From the IMG/VR virus record IMGVR_UViG_3300030329_006476, positions 1 to 64,000 of that record: DNA of 64,000 nt; one strand, given 5' to 3'. The stretch is from a virus. Made by a program: the position numbers and the translations under genes. How positions within the stretch are numbered: the stretch's first letter is position 1; each line of letters starts with the position of its first letter. Below are positions 1 to 10,107 of this stretch, one piece after another. A model generated the notes under the pieces. The model worked only from the letters and a program-made list of their open reading frames with translations. It did not search any database and had not been told where the DNA came from.

Positions 1-1370
1 GCAGCTATAGCGAATCTACCCCATAAATTAGTATCATAACATACATAGAAGTAATTGGAATCATAATCCGTATCTCCAGCGCTTCCGGCCCCATGGGCAA
101 CGGCGGCTAGAGCTATCCTCTTCCATGTATTAAGGGCCACGCACTTATAGAAGTAATTGCTGTCATAACAAACTTGCCCCGGAGAGCCGGGCGCCGTAGC
201 ACTGGCGGGAGGACAGCTAGGCGCAACAGTAGTAGTGGTGGTAGTAGTGGTAGTGGTGGTAGTAGTGGGCCCAAAGTGTCCCTGCAGAAAGATGCCCTTG
301 GTCGTCGTGGTGGCGTCGCTTATTGAGGTGCTAAAGGTGAGGTTTACCGTTTTATTATCGGTAAAGGAAGAGCTCATGTTCTGGGAGTCAAGAGTGGCTC
401 CCTTCATTTGATATACCATGCTTGTGCCGCTACCACATCTATTCTTTAGCGTAATAGTGATATTTCTCTCGGTAGCAGGATTGCACAAAATGTCTCGCAG
501 TGTGCCCGAGCTCATGCTTCGTACGTTAGCTACGACATTTAGCGTAGGCGTAATGGGAAAATCCAGCTTCCGGTCTATAGGGTAAAAATGATCCACGCAT
601 AAGAGGGGGGTTCTGGGCATTGGAACATCCAAACTCACGCTTTGCACATAGGCGCCGCTATCTCCGGCCACCGTCATTCCCTCCAATATCGTACCGCCTT
701 GCTGTAAAGTATCGGCTCCAAAATTCAAGAGAATGTCCCCGGGCCTTAAGGCCGCCGCACTCAATTCGCCCGTTGTCGAAACAGGGATAGTGATATTTTG
801 CGAAAGAGGTTCGGCCGTATCAGTATTGACTCCGGGATTCTGAATATTAGAACTGCTGGTATCAAATCTTATATTACTCCCCTCGACGCTTACGTTGGCG
901 CGGGGCAGCTCTCCAATGCTGGCCTCCATTCCATAACTCGTAATGAAGGCATTCCCAATTCCCAATGTCCCGTTTTTGCTTCCTACATATGAACCAGCTC
1001 CGTTACTCGCATCTTGTCCTTCAGGCACCGTAAGTACATAATAATTCTTTTCGTCCTTGCCGTTATCGGTCATTAATCCCGATAATAAATTAGTATCCAC
1101 CGAGGGACCCCCACTGCCTTTTACGCTGAAGCCCATGGTGCGTTCGTTCCTGCCGTCTACCGTCAAATAAGAAAAATCCAGCCCCACTACGGGAGACTCT
1201 ATCATTTCTTCCCCTAATTTTGCCAAATGCCCAAACTCGGTAATATCTACATAGGTTACATCTACATTATGCACCGCTTCTTGCACTCTGTACAATTGAT
1301 TGGGGCTGCCTTGACCCGTGCTGCCCACATACAGAGCTTCGCTTTGATATATTACTCTTTTACGTGCCAT
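1..1370 (-). CDS. Tail tube-like protein paralogue with poly-Thr linker and C-terminal duplicated fibre-like motif (runs off window, not in ORF track)
   Basis: Manual translation from ATG at 1370: MARKRVIYQSEALY..., colinear with 2394-3527 (EKNYY.TVPEG.DASNG, AAALRPGDI, DSQNMSS..DNKTV.LTFST), then a Thr run and two G..YD.NYFY.C...N.W.R.A repeats; no stop before base 1. Confidence 0.75.
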   Translation of the reverse strand, partial: MARKRVIYQSEALYVGSTGQGSPNQLYRVQEAVHNVDVTYVDITEFGHLAKLGEEMIESPVVGLDFSYLTVDGRNERTMGFSVKGSGGPSVDTNLLSGLMTDNGKDEKNYYVLTVPEGQDASNGAGSYVGSKNGTLGIGNAFITSYGMEASIGELPRANVSVEGSNIRFDTSSSNIQNPGVNTDTAEPLSQNITIPVSTTGELSAAALRPGDILLNFGADTLQQGGTILEGMTVAGDSGAYVQSVSLDVPMPRTPLLCVDHFYPIDRKLDFPITPTLNVVANVRSMSSGTLRDILCNPATERNITITLKNRCGSGTSMVYQMKGATLDSQNMSSSFTDNKTVNLTFSTSISDATTTTKGIFLQGHFGPTTTTTTTTTTTTTVAPSCPPASATAPGSPGQVCYDSNYFYKCVALNTWKRIALAAVAHGAGSAGDTDYDSNYFYVCYDTNLWGRFAIA

Positions 1371-1371
1371 T

Positions 1372-2319
1372 TTAGGGGGCTGGGGTTGTCGTGGTCGTAG
1401 TTGTGGTCGTGGTTGTTGTCGTGGTTGTTGTCGTGGTTGTTGTTGCTGGCGGAGCCTCAAATACTTTCGTGAGGGAGGTGATACTGTTATAGGACGATTG
1501 ATAGCTTAGGCTGGCACTCATGTTGTCTCCAATGCCGGCGGTGATACTTGAGTCGGTAAGCTTGGCACCGCTGAGCGTAAAATACCGCAGCACGTTACCA
1601 TCGCATTTCTCCTTCAGGGTAACCCCTATCGTACTGACGAAATCGTCGCTGCATAATGCCGACATGACTTCCTTGACCTCATAATCATTGACCGTAACGT
1701 CAAAATCCAAGGTGGCCACAATGGGATAATCTACCGTGACCGTACTTGCCTTAAGCTTGCTGCCTATCTTGTATATGGGGCTGACTCCAAAACTTAGTCC
1801 GAAACTATAAGATTGTATGGCATTTGTAGACCCGAATGGAGTGGTCAGAGTCATACTGTTCGGGGTAGCGACTTTAGGGGTGATAGCGGTATAGCTGGTA
1901 TCGGGAGTATAGGTGCTATTGCCCGCGCCGCCGTAAGAGGATAATGCAAAATCGCAAGTGGGGATATTGCCGATGGAAGCGCTCGAGCCGTAGGAAGTTA
2001 TATAGGCATCCGAAAAATTAAACGACTTGTCATACGATTCATCTTCCCCATAAAGCAAATAGCCCGTAACCGCCTTGCCGAAATAGCCCGTCAAGGGATC
2101 TTCTTTTCTTACGATCTGCCGCGAGACCGAGATATCCCCCACAAGAGCCCCCTCGATCTCATCGCCGGCAAATCCATGCCCGGCTGCCATCATGGCGGTC
2201 CGAGCAATAGACCATGACCCATCAAATGATTGCGTACCATGAACTTGTTCGACTACCGTCATGCCCCCTGTTCCCAAAAACAGAATTTGATCATTGTAGA
2301 AGTTTCGTCCGTACGCCAT
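1372..2319 (-). CDS. Divergent tail tube-like / tail structural protein ending in poly-Thr
   Basis: 315 aa; shares YITSYG.SASIG.IP and IGDN motifs with flanking paralogues; ends in about 20 Thr then PAP. Confidence 0.65.
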   Translation of the reverse strand: MAYGRNFYNDQILFLGTGGMTVVEQVHGTQSFDGSWSIARTAMMAAGHGFAGDEIEGALVGDISVSRQIVRKEDPLTGYFGKAVTGYLLYGEDESYDKSFNFSDAYITSYGSSASIGNIPTCDFALSSYGGAGNSTYTPDTSYTAITPKVATPNSMTLTTPFGSTNAIQSYSFGLSFGVSPIYKIGSKLKASTVTVDYPIVATLDFDVTVNDYEVKEVMSALCSDDFVSTIGVTLKEKCDGNVLRYFTLSGAKLTDSSITAGIGDNMSASLSYQSSYNSITSLTKVFEAPPATTTTTTTTTTTTTTTTTTTTPAP

Positions 2320-2340
2320 AGCCTATTGATTATTACACAA

Positions 2341-2372
2341 AAAAACCCCCAGCGAGAACCGGGGGTTTTTTG
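2341..2372. terminator. Intrinsic terminator (bidirectional shape)
   Basis: AAAAACCCCC-agcgagaacc-GGGGGTTTTT downstream of 2394-3527. Confidence 0.8.
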
Positions 2373-2393
2373 TTCTATGGTAGAATTTCAGTA

Positions 2394-3527
2394 TTAAAGC
2401 TTACCGGAAATAAACACACCGTTGTTCGTGTCGGTGGGACCCCCGATTTGAGTACTAAACGTCAAGTCGACGGTCTTGTTGTCGCCGATGGTCGAAGACA
2501 TGTTCTGAGAATCCATAATTGCATTCTTCATCTCGACTACCAAAGCCTTGCTGGCTTCACTTGTTCCGCATCGCGTACGCATCGTCAAGGTGATGTCGCG
2601 CTCGGAGGCGTCCGAGCAAAGCAAGTCCCGCAATGAACCAGACGAAATGTCGGCCAAATTAGCGGAAACGCTCAAGGTGGCGTTAATTGGAAAGTCCAAT
2701 TCCCGCGACTTGGGAAATACGCTACCCAAGCACTGTAATGGAGTACGGCCCAAAGGCAGGTCCAAGCTTACGCTTTGCACGCAGGCAATACCGGTATCTT
2801 GATCGCTATAACCCGGAAGAATAGCACCCCCCATTTGATTGAGAGTATTCCCAAAACTAAGCGTAATGTCGCCGGGTCGCAACGCAGCAGCTGCCAAAGT
2901 GCCCGTGTTCGAAATGGGAACTTCGACGTCGCCCGGCATAGCCGACCCGTCGGAAGTGCTAATGGCTGGATTGGGAACTCCACTGGAGCTCGTATCAAAT
3001 CTCAAATTTGAGGCTTCTACACTGACGCTCGCACTGGGAATCTCCCCAACGGAAGCTTCCAGTCCGTAACTTGTGATGTAACCATTACCGATGCCAATCA
3101 AACCGTTGGAGGAGGGGCTTGTATAAGTAGCGGCAGTGCCGCCATTGGAAGCATCTTCGCCTTCGGGAACAGTAACGATGTAATAATTCTTTTCTGCGTC
3201 GGTCGAATTTTGCTTCATGATGCCCGACAAACAATTCGTTGCCGAACTAACATTGTGACCATCGACACTAAAACCAAGGCCACTGGCCTCGTTTTGACCG
3301 TCTACTACATAGTAGGTAAAATCCAAACCAACAGTTGGGACTTCAATTACTTCTCGACTAAGAGCGGCCAATTTACCGAATTCATTAACATCGGTACGGG
3401 TGACTTCAACACTGTGGCTGACGTCTTGCACGCGATGAATCTGATTGATTCCGTCGCTGCCTTTGGTGGCTCCAGTCGCGCCCGCATAAAGGGCCTCGCT
3501 TTGATATATGATACGTTTTCTAGCCAT
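2394..3527 (-). CDS. Major tail tube protein (probable)
   Basis: 377 aa, beta/Ser/Thr/Gly rich, follows neck genes, has its own terminator. Confidence 0.65.
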   Translation of the reverse strand: MARKRIIYQSEALYAGATGATKGSDGINQIHRVQDVSHSVEVTRTDVNEFGKLAALSREVIEVPTVGLDFTYYVVDGQNEASGLGFSVDGHNVSSATNCLSGIMKQNSTDAEKNYYIVTVPEGEDASNGGTAATYTSPSSNGLIGIGNGYITSYGLEASVGEIPSASVSVEASNLRFDTSSSGVPNPAISTSDGSAMPGDVEVPISNTGTLAAAALRPGDITLSFGNTLNQMGGAILPGYSDQDTGIACVQSVSLDLPLGRTPLQCLGSVFPKSRELDFPINATLSVSANLADISSGSLRDLLCSDASERDITLTMRTRCGTSEASKALVVEMKNAIMDSQNMSSTIGDNKTVDLTFSTQIGGPTDTNNGVFISGKL

Positions 3528-3585
3528 GATAAAATAAATGCTTACCTAAACATACAGTAAAAACTTAAAAAAGAGAAACTTTTTT

Positions 3586-4491
3586 TTATATTTCTTGCTT
3601 AGGAAGCCTAGGAGTACTTAAGGTAAAGTCAATAAAGCCTATGCGCATGTTTCTGGGAATGTTCATTGCGGCCCCTGCAGTATCGTAAAGTTTGGAGGAA
3701 GACACCTTTTCCACAAAGGCATAGGGGCCGTTTGCGTTCATTTTCTGAGCATATAATCCGGAGTAGGTATAAGGCGGCGTTTTGAGATGATAATACTCCC
3801 CAAATGGGAAATCCCCAAAATCCACTATAGGCACGCACACTTCAGTAGAATCCCGAAATAAAGACAATGCTCCATCCAAGCTAAAATTGTCGTTTACCAC
3901 AACAACGGCGCGTATATTACTCTTGGTGTCTTGCATGCCTCCCAGCGCAAAAGGCTGGTTGTTGCTGGAATTATAACTCAAGAAGGCAGCGGGAACGGTA
4001 TAATTGGGAGTGCCTAAACCCGTAATGCTTTGGAGGAAAGATTGGTCATCATCGTCACTGAGCAAAAAATCCGTATTAAACAACAACTCTTCTTCGCTTT
4101 CATTGGTGATGTAGCAGTTGATGGTTTTTCTATTGAAGTTTCCGCTTATCGCGAGCGCACTTCCCATTCCCGAATTGAGTATAACGCGCCCCTTGTCAAA
4201 ATCTATCATTAACCCCGTGGTAGTATCGGGGCATTGATTTACAAAACTATATGAGCTTCCAAAGGCGCCACCGCTTATATATACGCCGGAGGGAACCCCC
4301 GTTCCGTTAGCCACCAATTGTCTGTCCGGACTGTAATAGGCAACCTGATTCGTGGGAACGTCCACATTTAAATCTGAATAGTAAAACTGCTGGCTGATGC
4401 CGGACTCGACGGCTTCTCCATATCGAGTCAACCTGTCGTCGAACCACAAATAAAAGCTGCTTAATACCTTATGGTCAAATTGGGGCTTCAT
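3586..4491 (-). CDS. Virion neck / tail-terminator-like protein
   Basis: 301 aa ORF between head-tail joining genes and tail tube; call rests on synteny only. Confidence 0.45.
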   Translation of the reverse strand: MKPQFDHKVLSSFYLWFDDRLTRYGEAVESGISQQFYYSDLNVDVPTNQVAYYSPDRQLVANGTGVPSGVYISGGAFGSSYSFVNQCPDTTTGLMIDFDKGRVILNSGMGSALAISGNFNRKTINCYITNESEEELLFNTDFLLSDDDDQSFLQSITGLGTPNYTVPAAFLSYNSSNNQPFALGGMQDTKSNIRAVVVVNDNFSLDGALSLFRDSTEVCVPIVDFGDFPFGEYYHLKTPPYTYSGLYAQKMNANGPYAFVEKVSSSKLYDTAGAAMNIPRNMRIGFIDFTLSTPRLPKQEI

Positions 4492-5099
4492 AGCCTTTTC
4501 AGCGAGTTTTCCATGCTCTTCAGCATGTTGTTTAATATTTTGGAGATATAGGGAGTGGGCGATGAATTTCCAGCAGCGCGCACCTCCACCTTGGCCTCTA
4601 TACCGCCCCCGGACCTACTGGTTGTAAATCTTCCCTTTCGTGAAGAATATAAATAACGACCCAAACCACTCATCCCCTTTTCTATAGCTTCAGTCCAGCT
4701 TTCCGTTGACCATGGAGAAGGCGTTACCTTGGCAATCTCTTCCTGAGTGGGAACGGTAAACTTTAATATCAACGCCAGCTCTTTCCTTTTTTTTCGTATG
4801 CTGGTGATCTTAATCGACTTAGCCAATAGACTCCTGATTGGAGAAATGGGATCCGACCCTGATTCAAATCCAATAAAAGTAAAAAGATTTCCATACCCCC
4901 CAAGAGTATGAGAGATGTTTCTTGCGCCTTCGCCGCCCTCGATTTCTTTGGTGACTAAATCCGCTTCAAATTCCGTCACCAGCTTTTGGGTTTCCTTGGC
5001 AAAGATTTTTTCTACCCGAGGAGTGACCTTTTCCTTGAACAGCTTGTACCCTTTTTGAGCCAACTCGGCCTTCAGGCCTCTCATGTTTATTTTAGCCAT
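4488..5099 (-). CDS. Putative tail completion / neck protein
   Basis: 203 aa basic ORF in head-tail joining cluster, ATGA overlap. Confidence 0.45.
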   Translation of the reverse strand: MAKINMRGLKAELAQKGYKLFKEKVTPRVEKIFAKETQKLVTEFEADLVTKEIEGGEGARNISHTLGGYGNLFTFIGFESGSDPISPIRSLLAKSIKITSIRKKRKELALILKFTVPTQEEIAKVTPSPWSTESWTEAIEKGMSGLGRYLYSSRKGRFTTSRSGGGIEAKVEVRAAGNSSPTPYISKILNNMLKSMENSLKRL

Positions 5100-5545
5100 T
5101 AATCCGCACGCCGCAAATATAAAGTATAAAACTTCACTACGAAAGGCCCTATCTTCGATGCGTCGCTTACAATGCGAAATGCTTCTCCGTCCACTTCTAT
5201 GTTGGAGGCCTTTTTAAAGAGGTTGTAGCCGGTTTCGTCTATCTTTACTCTAACTACCCCTTCACCCAGCGGCACATTAACCTGCGCTCTTGTCCCCGGA
5301 ATATCAATCTCCTTTTGTTCTTGCTGGTAGCGAATTCTAGCTTGAACCGTAGTTTGGGTTACTTTGGTCTTGGTGGTGTTTTCGTTGGCTATCCGCGCAT
5401 AGAGAGCATTATAGGTTCCGTTGGTCGCTACAAATATCTGATTCTCCTTTTGGAAGACCGTAACTGGCCTCGCAAAAGTATCGTGCATATCGTTGAAGAC
5501 ATTCCCGATTGCCGTTTTGTCGGCGCTGGAGATTAAGGAGCCCAT
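5099..5545 (-). CDS. Putative head-closure (stopper) protein
   Basis: 148 aa beta-rich, C-terminal IEVDGEAFRIV typical of head-closure proteins; synteny. Confidence 0.55.
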   Translation of the reverse strand: MGSLISSADKTAIGNVFNDMHDTFARPVTVFQKENQIFVATNGTYNALYARIANENTTKTKVTQTTVQARIRYQQEQKEIDIPGTRAQVNVPLGEGVVRVKIDETGYNLFKKASNIEVDGEAFRIVSDASKIGPFVVKFYTLYLRRAD

Positions 5546-5551
5546 GATTCA

Positions 5552-6049
5552 TTAATAAGGAGGGAAATAAAAAGGATATTGATAATACCCACTGCCCGAA
5601 ATGAATCCCCCGTCATAGCCAGCACTCTGCACCGGGGCCGCTTGATAGGAATTGTAGGAGTATATCAATTTTTCCAAGGCTTCGCCGGCGTCTTTCGCCA
5701 TCAATCTATAAGTACGCGCCGTATCCACTTTATTGGTCCGCACGATAGTGGTATCGCCTTCGGTTAAGCGGGTCCACTCGAGACTGCCTGTGGCGCCCAT
5801 GGAGAGTACCTTGCGGGCCTCTTTCGTGTAATAATCCTTGAGGTAAAGTTGGGTGAGGATGTTTTCCTCTTCCAGCTTGAACTCGCCAGTGGTGGCAAAG
5901 CTGGTATAGGTAAGATTGTTGAACTGACCGAGATTTCCCTCCAGCCAGCCCGATATGGCCTCTATCTTAAACTCTCGTTTAAGCTGAGTGGGTTCGTCGT
6001 CAAATTCGTTATCGTATATATTTGTCGCTATCTGCCCAATTTTAGCCAT
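5552..6049 (-). CDS. Putative head-tail adaptor
   Basis: 165 aa helical ORF with LTEGDTTI motif, just downstream of capsid genes. Confidence 0.5.
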   Translation of the reverse strand: MAKIGQIATNIYDNEFDDEPTQLKREFKIEAISGWLEGNLGQFNNLTYTSFATTGEFKLEEENILTQLYLKDYYTKEARKVLSMGATGSLEWTRLTEGDTTIVRTNKVDTARTYRLMAKDAGEALEKLIYSYNSYQAAPVQSAGYDGGFISGSGYYQYPFYFPPY

Positions 6050-6050
6050 T

Positions 6051-6476
6051 TCATAAGCCTTCGTTTGAAATTCTTAGAATTTCAGCGGCGGCTTCGCTAT
6101 TGGGATCGACGAGAGGTTTTTGATATCCAATGTTATAACCAGCTCCGGCTCCCGCATGAGAGAGGAACTCTTTGGTTATTTTATTCTTTAAACTTAATTT
6201 GTTGCCACTGGGCAGGATTCCTATCCTTACCGCAAAGGCTTGGAGATCCGTAAGGGTCATTTCATTCATTCTCTCTTCGAGAACCGCCTTATTCGTGGTT
6301 CCAAAGGGATTTGTTTGCTGGACCCCTAACAATTCCTCAAGGTCTTTTATTTTCTCAATATCGCTTTTGCCGTCCGCTACCTGCATTGAATCAATCACGC
6401 TTTCCTTCTTTTTTGGAGCAGCGCGCTTCTTCGCAGTCTTTCTGGTGGTTTTCTTCGCTTTTTTTCTGGTTGCCAT
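6051..6476 (-). CDS. Hypothetical protein with basic N-terminus and Rho-N/HeH-like helical motif
   Basis: KKAKKTTRK tail; LEERMNEMTLTDLQAFAVRIGI. Confidence 0.5.
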   Translation of the reverse strand: MATRKKAKKTTRKTAKKRAAPKKKESVIDSMQVADGKSDIEKIKDLEELLGVQQTNPFGTTNKAVLEERMNEMTLTDLQAFAVRIGILPSGNKLSLKNKITKEFLSHAGAGAGYNIGYQKPLVDPNSEAAAEILRISNEGL

Positions 6477-6540
6477 AATATATTAGATGATTAATGATAT
6501 ATTATATTCCATAATACACAGAATTCAAGTAGTTGAGAAT

Positions 6541-6570
6541 AAAAAACCCGCTCCAAGCGGAGCGGGTTTT
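6541..6570. terminator. Intrinsic terminator after major capsid gene
   Basis: AAAACCCGCTCC-aagc-GGAGCGGGTTTT. Confidence 0.85.
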
Positions 6571-6593
6571 CTAAAACTATTTGGACTCTATTA

Positions 6594-7721
6594 TTAATGT
6601 CCGGCAACCACGACGCCCGTAAGCACGCGATTATCGACAACCATGCGGCCTTCTTCGATAGAACCGAACCAACCGAGCTTTTGCTGGCGGTTGCTGTACT
6701 GATCATCAGCGATCAAGCTGAATTCAGCACCGGTTTCCGAATCAGTAGCAACTGCGCGAATAAGAGATTCACGCGAACGGTCGATACCGATTACGAGATC
6801 GTCCATTACGTCAAAGTCAACCTTTCCGGCTACGGTAGAAGCGTCTTGGAAGGCTTGGAACAGCTTGGTGAACTTTCTGGAACGTCCCAATTCGTTCAGT
6901 TCCATAAGGCCGATGCCGTAAAGCTCGGGCACTCCACCATTAGCGAAGACCTTTTCGCGATATCCTTCGGGAGCAGCAACTACCCCAGCGCTTTGACCAC
7001 CAGCAGGGGCTACCCCACCAGCAATGTTCACAGGGTTATAAGACATAGCCCGAAGATCTTCCATGGTTTCAGGAGAAATCAAGAGATCGGTAATACCCTT
7101 GATGGAATCGGTAGGCGTTCCTCCCGTCCATGCGGTATTGATCCGCTTGGCCTTCGTAACCAACTTGTTAAAGTCGGCAAGCGTAAATCCAAGAGTATCG
7201 CTCGCTTGCTCCATTACGTGAGCCTCGCCATTGGTTTCCGCATCAGCCAACGATCCCAAGATCAGGTTGGCGGAAGTGGATTCCTGCTTCAGCAAGATTT
7301 CCTGAGCGACTCTCGTCATCGACTTTCCAACCACATCAAGACGTGATTGAAGAGCATAACGACGATCAAAGCTCACTGCGCTGTCCAGACGATAAGTCGT
7401 GAACTTCAGTTCGCTTGCGGTCGGCAGAACTTGGTTGGTGGGAAGACCACCGGGAACCGTAGTACTGTAAACCTTGATGTAGTCATCGGCGTTAATGTCG
7501 TAATAGAGATCCAGCGGCAGGCTTGGATTGCTATCTGCATTAAATTGAAATGAGCTAAAGAGATTGCTCACGGTCGGGGCCTGATTGATAACTTCCGCAA
7601 GAACGGGGCCCATGAACTCAGCCAAAGCGGCTTGAGCTTCATAAGCTACGCGACGGTCACGGGAAGCCATGGCCTTTACAAGCTCGATTTGCTCGTCGGT
7701 ACGTTTAAGAGTAATATTCAT
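6594..7721 (-). CDS. Major capsid protein (HK97 fold, probable)
   Basis: 375 aa, follows portal-protease-decoration genes, followed by strong terminator; C-terminal LGWFGSIEEGRMVVDNR. Confidence 0.8.
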   Translation of the reverse strand: MNITLKRTDEQIELVKAMASRDRRVAYEAQAALAEFMGPVLAEVINQAPTVSNLFSSFQFNADSNPSLPLDLYYDINADDYIKVYSTTVPGGLPTNQVLPTASELKFTTYRLDSAVSFDRRYALQSRLDVVGKSMTRVAQEILLKQESTSANLILGSLADAETNGEAHVMEQASDTLGFTLADFNKLVTKAKRINTAWTGGTPTDSIKGITDLLISPETMEDLRAMSYNPVNIAGGVAPAGGQSAGVVAAPEGYREKVFANGGVPELYGIGLMELNELGRSRKFTKLFQAFQDASTVAGKVDFDVMDDLVIGIDRSRESLIRAVATDSETGAEFSLIADDQYSNRQQKLGWFGSIEEGRMVVDNRVLTGVVVAGH

Positions 7722-7746
7722 TATTCTATATCCTTTTGGTTAAAGG

Positions 7747-8442
7747 TTAACGGCTACCGCAATCAATGCGAGCTATGAGATAATGACCGGAAGCATTTGC
7801 AGCTCCAGTACCAACGGAAGGTCCAGCGAATTGGTCGCCAGCGACACCGCGATTAACACGGACTCCGGTACCCAAAACTTGACCAACGGTTTGCTGATTG
7901 GCTGGAATATCGTCCAATTGAGCGTAGCCCGTAACTTTACCAGCGTTAGAGCTGACGGTCAGCCAATAGCCGGGAGCGCAAGTTGAAAGAGGTCCATCGA
8001 CCGCATTAGGAAGCGTTCCGCCGCCCGCTGCAAGAGTAATGATACCCTTACCAAGGATGGGAACAGCCTCACCCGAGAGAACCGATTGCGTCTCTAACTT
8101 CTTCTGAGGATAGTAGAGAAGCTTTTCGTTATTCTCGTCGTATTGAGCGGTTTGCAGCAGCGTCACACCGAGACAAGCGTCTCCGGTAGTAGCGGCATTT
8201 ACTTTAAGCGGGACAACAGGATATTGATCGCGTCCAATAAAAGGATAATCCGTCTTACCGAGGTAAGAGTTGGTCTCATATTGAACAGGGTCAAGATTCA
8301 GGTCCCCAGCACTAACCTTTACGAAAACGCCGGCATCTCCTGCGCCACTGTCGGTAACTTGATTGTTAGCGGCAGAGTTGGCAAAGAGATTGACAACGTC
8401 TTCTTCGGCGTACTGACGGAATGGTAGTAGTCTAATAGCCAT
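7747..8442 (-). CDS. Capsid decoration/cement protein (putative)
   Basis: 231 aa Gly-rich, immediately upstream of MCP. Confidence 0.55.
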   Translation of the reverse strand: MAIRLLPFRQYAEEDVVNLFANSAANNQVTDSGAGDAGVFVKVSAGDLNLDPVQYETNSYLGKTDYPFIGRDQYPVVPLKVNAATTGDACLGVTLLQTAQYDENNEKLLYYPQKKLETQSVLSGEAVPILGKGIITLAAGGGTLPNAVDGPLSTCAPGYWLTVSSNAGKVTGYAQLDDIPANQQTVGQVLGTGVRVNRGVAGDQFAGPSVGTGAANASGHYLIARIDCGSR

Positions 8443-8447
8443 GATTC

Positions 8448-10073
8448 TTAATATTTAACAGTTATGTTTTCTTTTGAAAATGCTTGATTGAACTTTTCGC
8501 GCAGGGTAGGTTCTTCAGCGGCCGCAGCTTCATTATTATTAGTTAGGGCGGCGGAAGCTTCTTCTTCTACGTTTTCCAGTACTTCTTCAAGTACCTCTTC
8601 TACAGCTTCCTGTTCTTCGGCTTCAGCCGTTGAAGCAGTACTTTCTGAAAGAGTGGAAAGGCGCTTGTTCACTTCTTCTTCAAGACGAGCGTTGAAAAGC
8701 TCTTCCTGCTCATTCAAGTAGGCCTTTGTCTTGTGTTGCCACATGACGCTAATGCGCTCTTGATACTGCGTAAACGCTTCGTCGGCAGCCTCGAGCTCCG
8801 AAAGTTCGGAGGCAACGATTCTGAGATCTTCATCATTCAATTCGAAGGCTTCCGTTACGGCAGCCATGCGAGAATTAAATCGATCCTTAGCTTCACGAAG
8901 ACGTTTTTCTTCAGCCAGTTCACCCAATTGTTTTTCAGTAGCTACCAATTTTTCCTTCAGCTCTTCCATTTCACCGGAAAGGGCGTCATGACGTTCCTTG
9001 GCTTCCACTTCGGCATTTTCCTTATCTGCCTTGGCTTGGCGCCACTGTTCGTCTTTTTCCTTGATAGCGTCCATCATTACCTTGGAAACACTGGCAACGG
9101 TCTCTTCGAAATGCTGACTCTCGCCAACTTTTTCCGAAAGAAGACCTTCGATTTGTTTCAATAGATCTTGAGTATCCATAATTAAGGTGTTTGACTTGTT
9201 TACATCATTTTCTCCGGAAAGGGAACTGTTTTTTTTCATTTTTTTATTTTTTGTGTAAAAATCGCGGTTCTGAATTTCAATTTTTTCTTGTGTGACGGCA
9301 TCCTCCTGATCCATCTTTACCTTGATGGGCCTCTCGTTTTCAACCAAGACCCCTTCTACTTCTGCAGCGGGGTTGCTGGTGAATCCTATGCCTAGGGGAT
9401 AAATTTCTCCCACTACCAACCGATGGACCAGAGTTCCGTCATCCATTTTGCCTTCTCCATCATAAGCCTTAAGATATTTACTTAACTCACTAATCTGGTT
9501 TTTATCAGTGACTACTTCAGCTTCACTCAGGTCATCGCTTCCGAGCGCAATATAATAGTCATTAAATCCTATTTCCCAACTCGCCGAAATGATATTATGA
9601 AATTCTTCACCTTCATCGGTATTCTCCAGCATTTTTGCAAAAGCTGGATTTACTACCTTATATACAAGAGCTCCTAATGCAATATTGAAGGGGGCCGTAA
9701 TATCTTGAGCCTCCTCAGGGCTAATAAGCTCACTCGTCTTATGATCGCTAAATGAGGACGATATAATATGTCCGACGACCTTTTCCTTTTGATGCTCGAT
9801 ATTCGTAGGCTTATTTATAAAATAATCCTTTATCTCCAGCGCGGTGGCGGTATCTATGCCGTCACCGTTCTTATTGAACTTATTGACGACAGCCGCATTA
9901 AACGCAACGCCAAGTAAATCGATGTTTTTGCTTAGGTCTACTTCGGGGGGAATGAGCGGACGTAAGTGATCCAAGGAAGCTTCGCTGATTCCAAAACGCT
10001 GACAGGTTCCGTCAACGCAGGAAGCGCTGATTGCACTATGGAAGGCGCTAGTATATAAAAATGGTGTATTCAT
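8448..10073 (-). CDS. Prohead protease-scaffold fusion
   Basis: N-terminal NKNGD, KPTNIEH, SASWE, GIGFTSNPAA protease motifs; long acidic coiled-coil C-terminus. Confidence 0.75.
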   Translation of the reverse strand: MNTPFLYTSAFHSAISASCVDGTCQRFGISEASLDHLRPLIPPEVDLSKNIDLLGVAFNAAVVNKFNKNGDGIDTATALEIKDYFINKPTNIEHQKEKVVGHIISSSFSDHKTSELISPEEAQDITAPFNIALGALVYKVVNPAFAKMLENTDEGEEFHNIISASWEIGFNDYYIALGSDDLSEAEVVTDKNQISELSKYLKAYDGEGKMDDGTLVHRLVVGEIYPLGIGFTSNPAAEVEGVLVENERPIKVKMDQEDAVTQEKIEIQNRDFYTKNKKMKKNSSLSGENDVNKSNTLIMDTQDLLKQIEGLLSEKVGESQHFEETVASVSKVMMDAIKEKDEQWRQAKADKENAEVEAKERHDALSGEMEELKEKLVATEKQLGELAEEKRLREAKDRFNSRMAAVTEAFELNDEDLRIVASELSELEAADEAFTQYQERISVMWQHKTKAYLNEQEELFNARLEEEVNKRLSTLSESTASTAEAEEQEAVEEVLEEVLENVEEEASAALTNNNEAAAAEEPTLREKFNQAFSKENITVKY

Positions 10074-10107
10074 GCATCCTAATACACCTAAAATTTAAAA
10101 GAAGATT

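Noticed and set aside
225-270. GTA/GTG trinucleotide repeat as a contingency microsatellite
   Set aside because: It is the in-frame poly-Thr linker with mixed codons; unit changes would not shift frame
6597-7346. Long plus-strand ORFs antisense to structural and rII genes (e.g. 6597-7346, 39710-40453, 63512-63919)
   Set aside because: Shadow ORFs of well-supported minus-strand genes with no motifs or start signals
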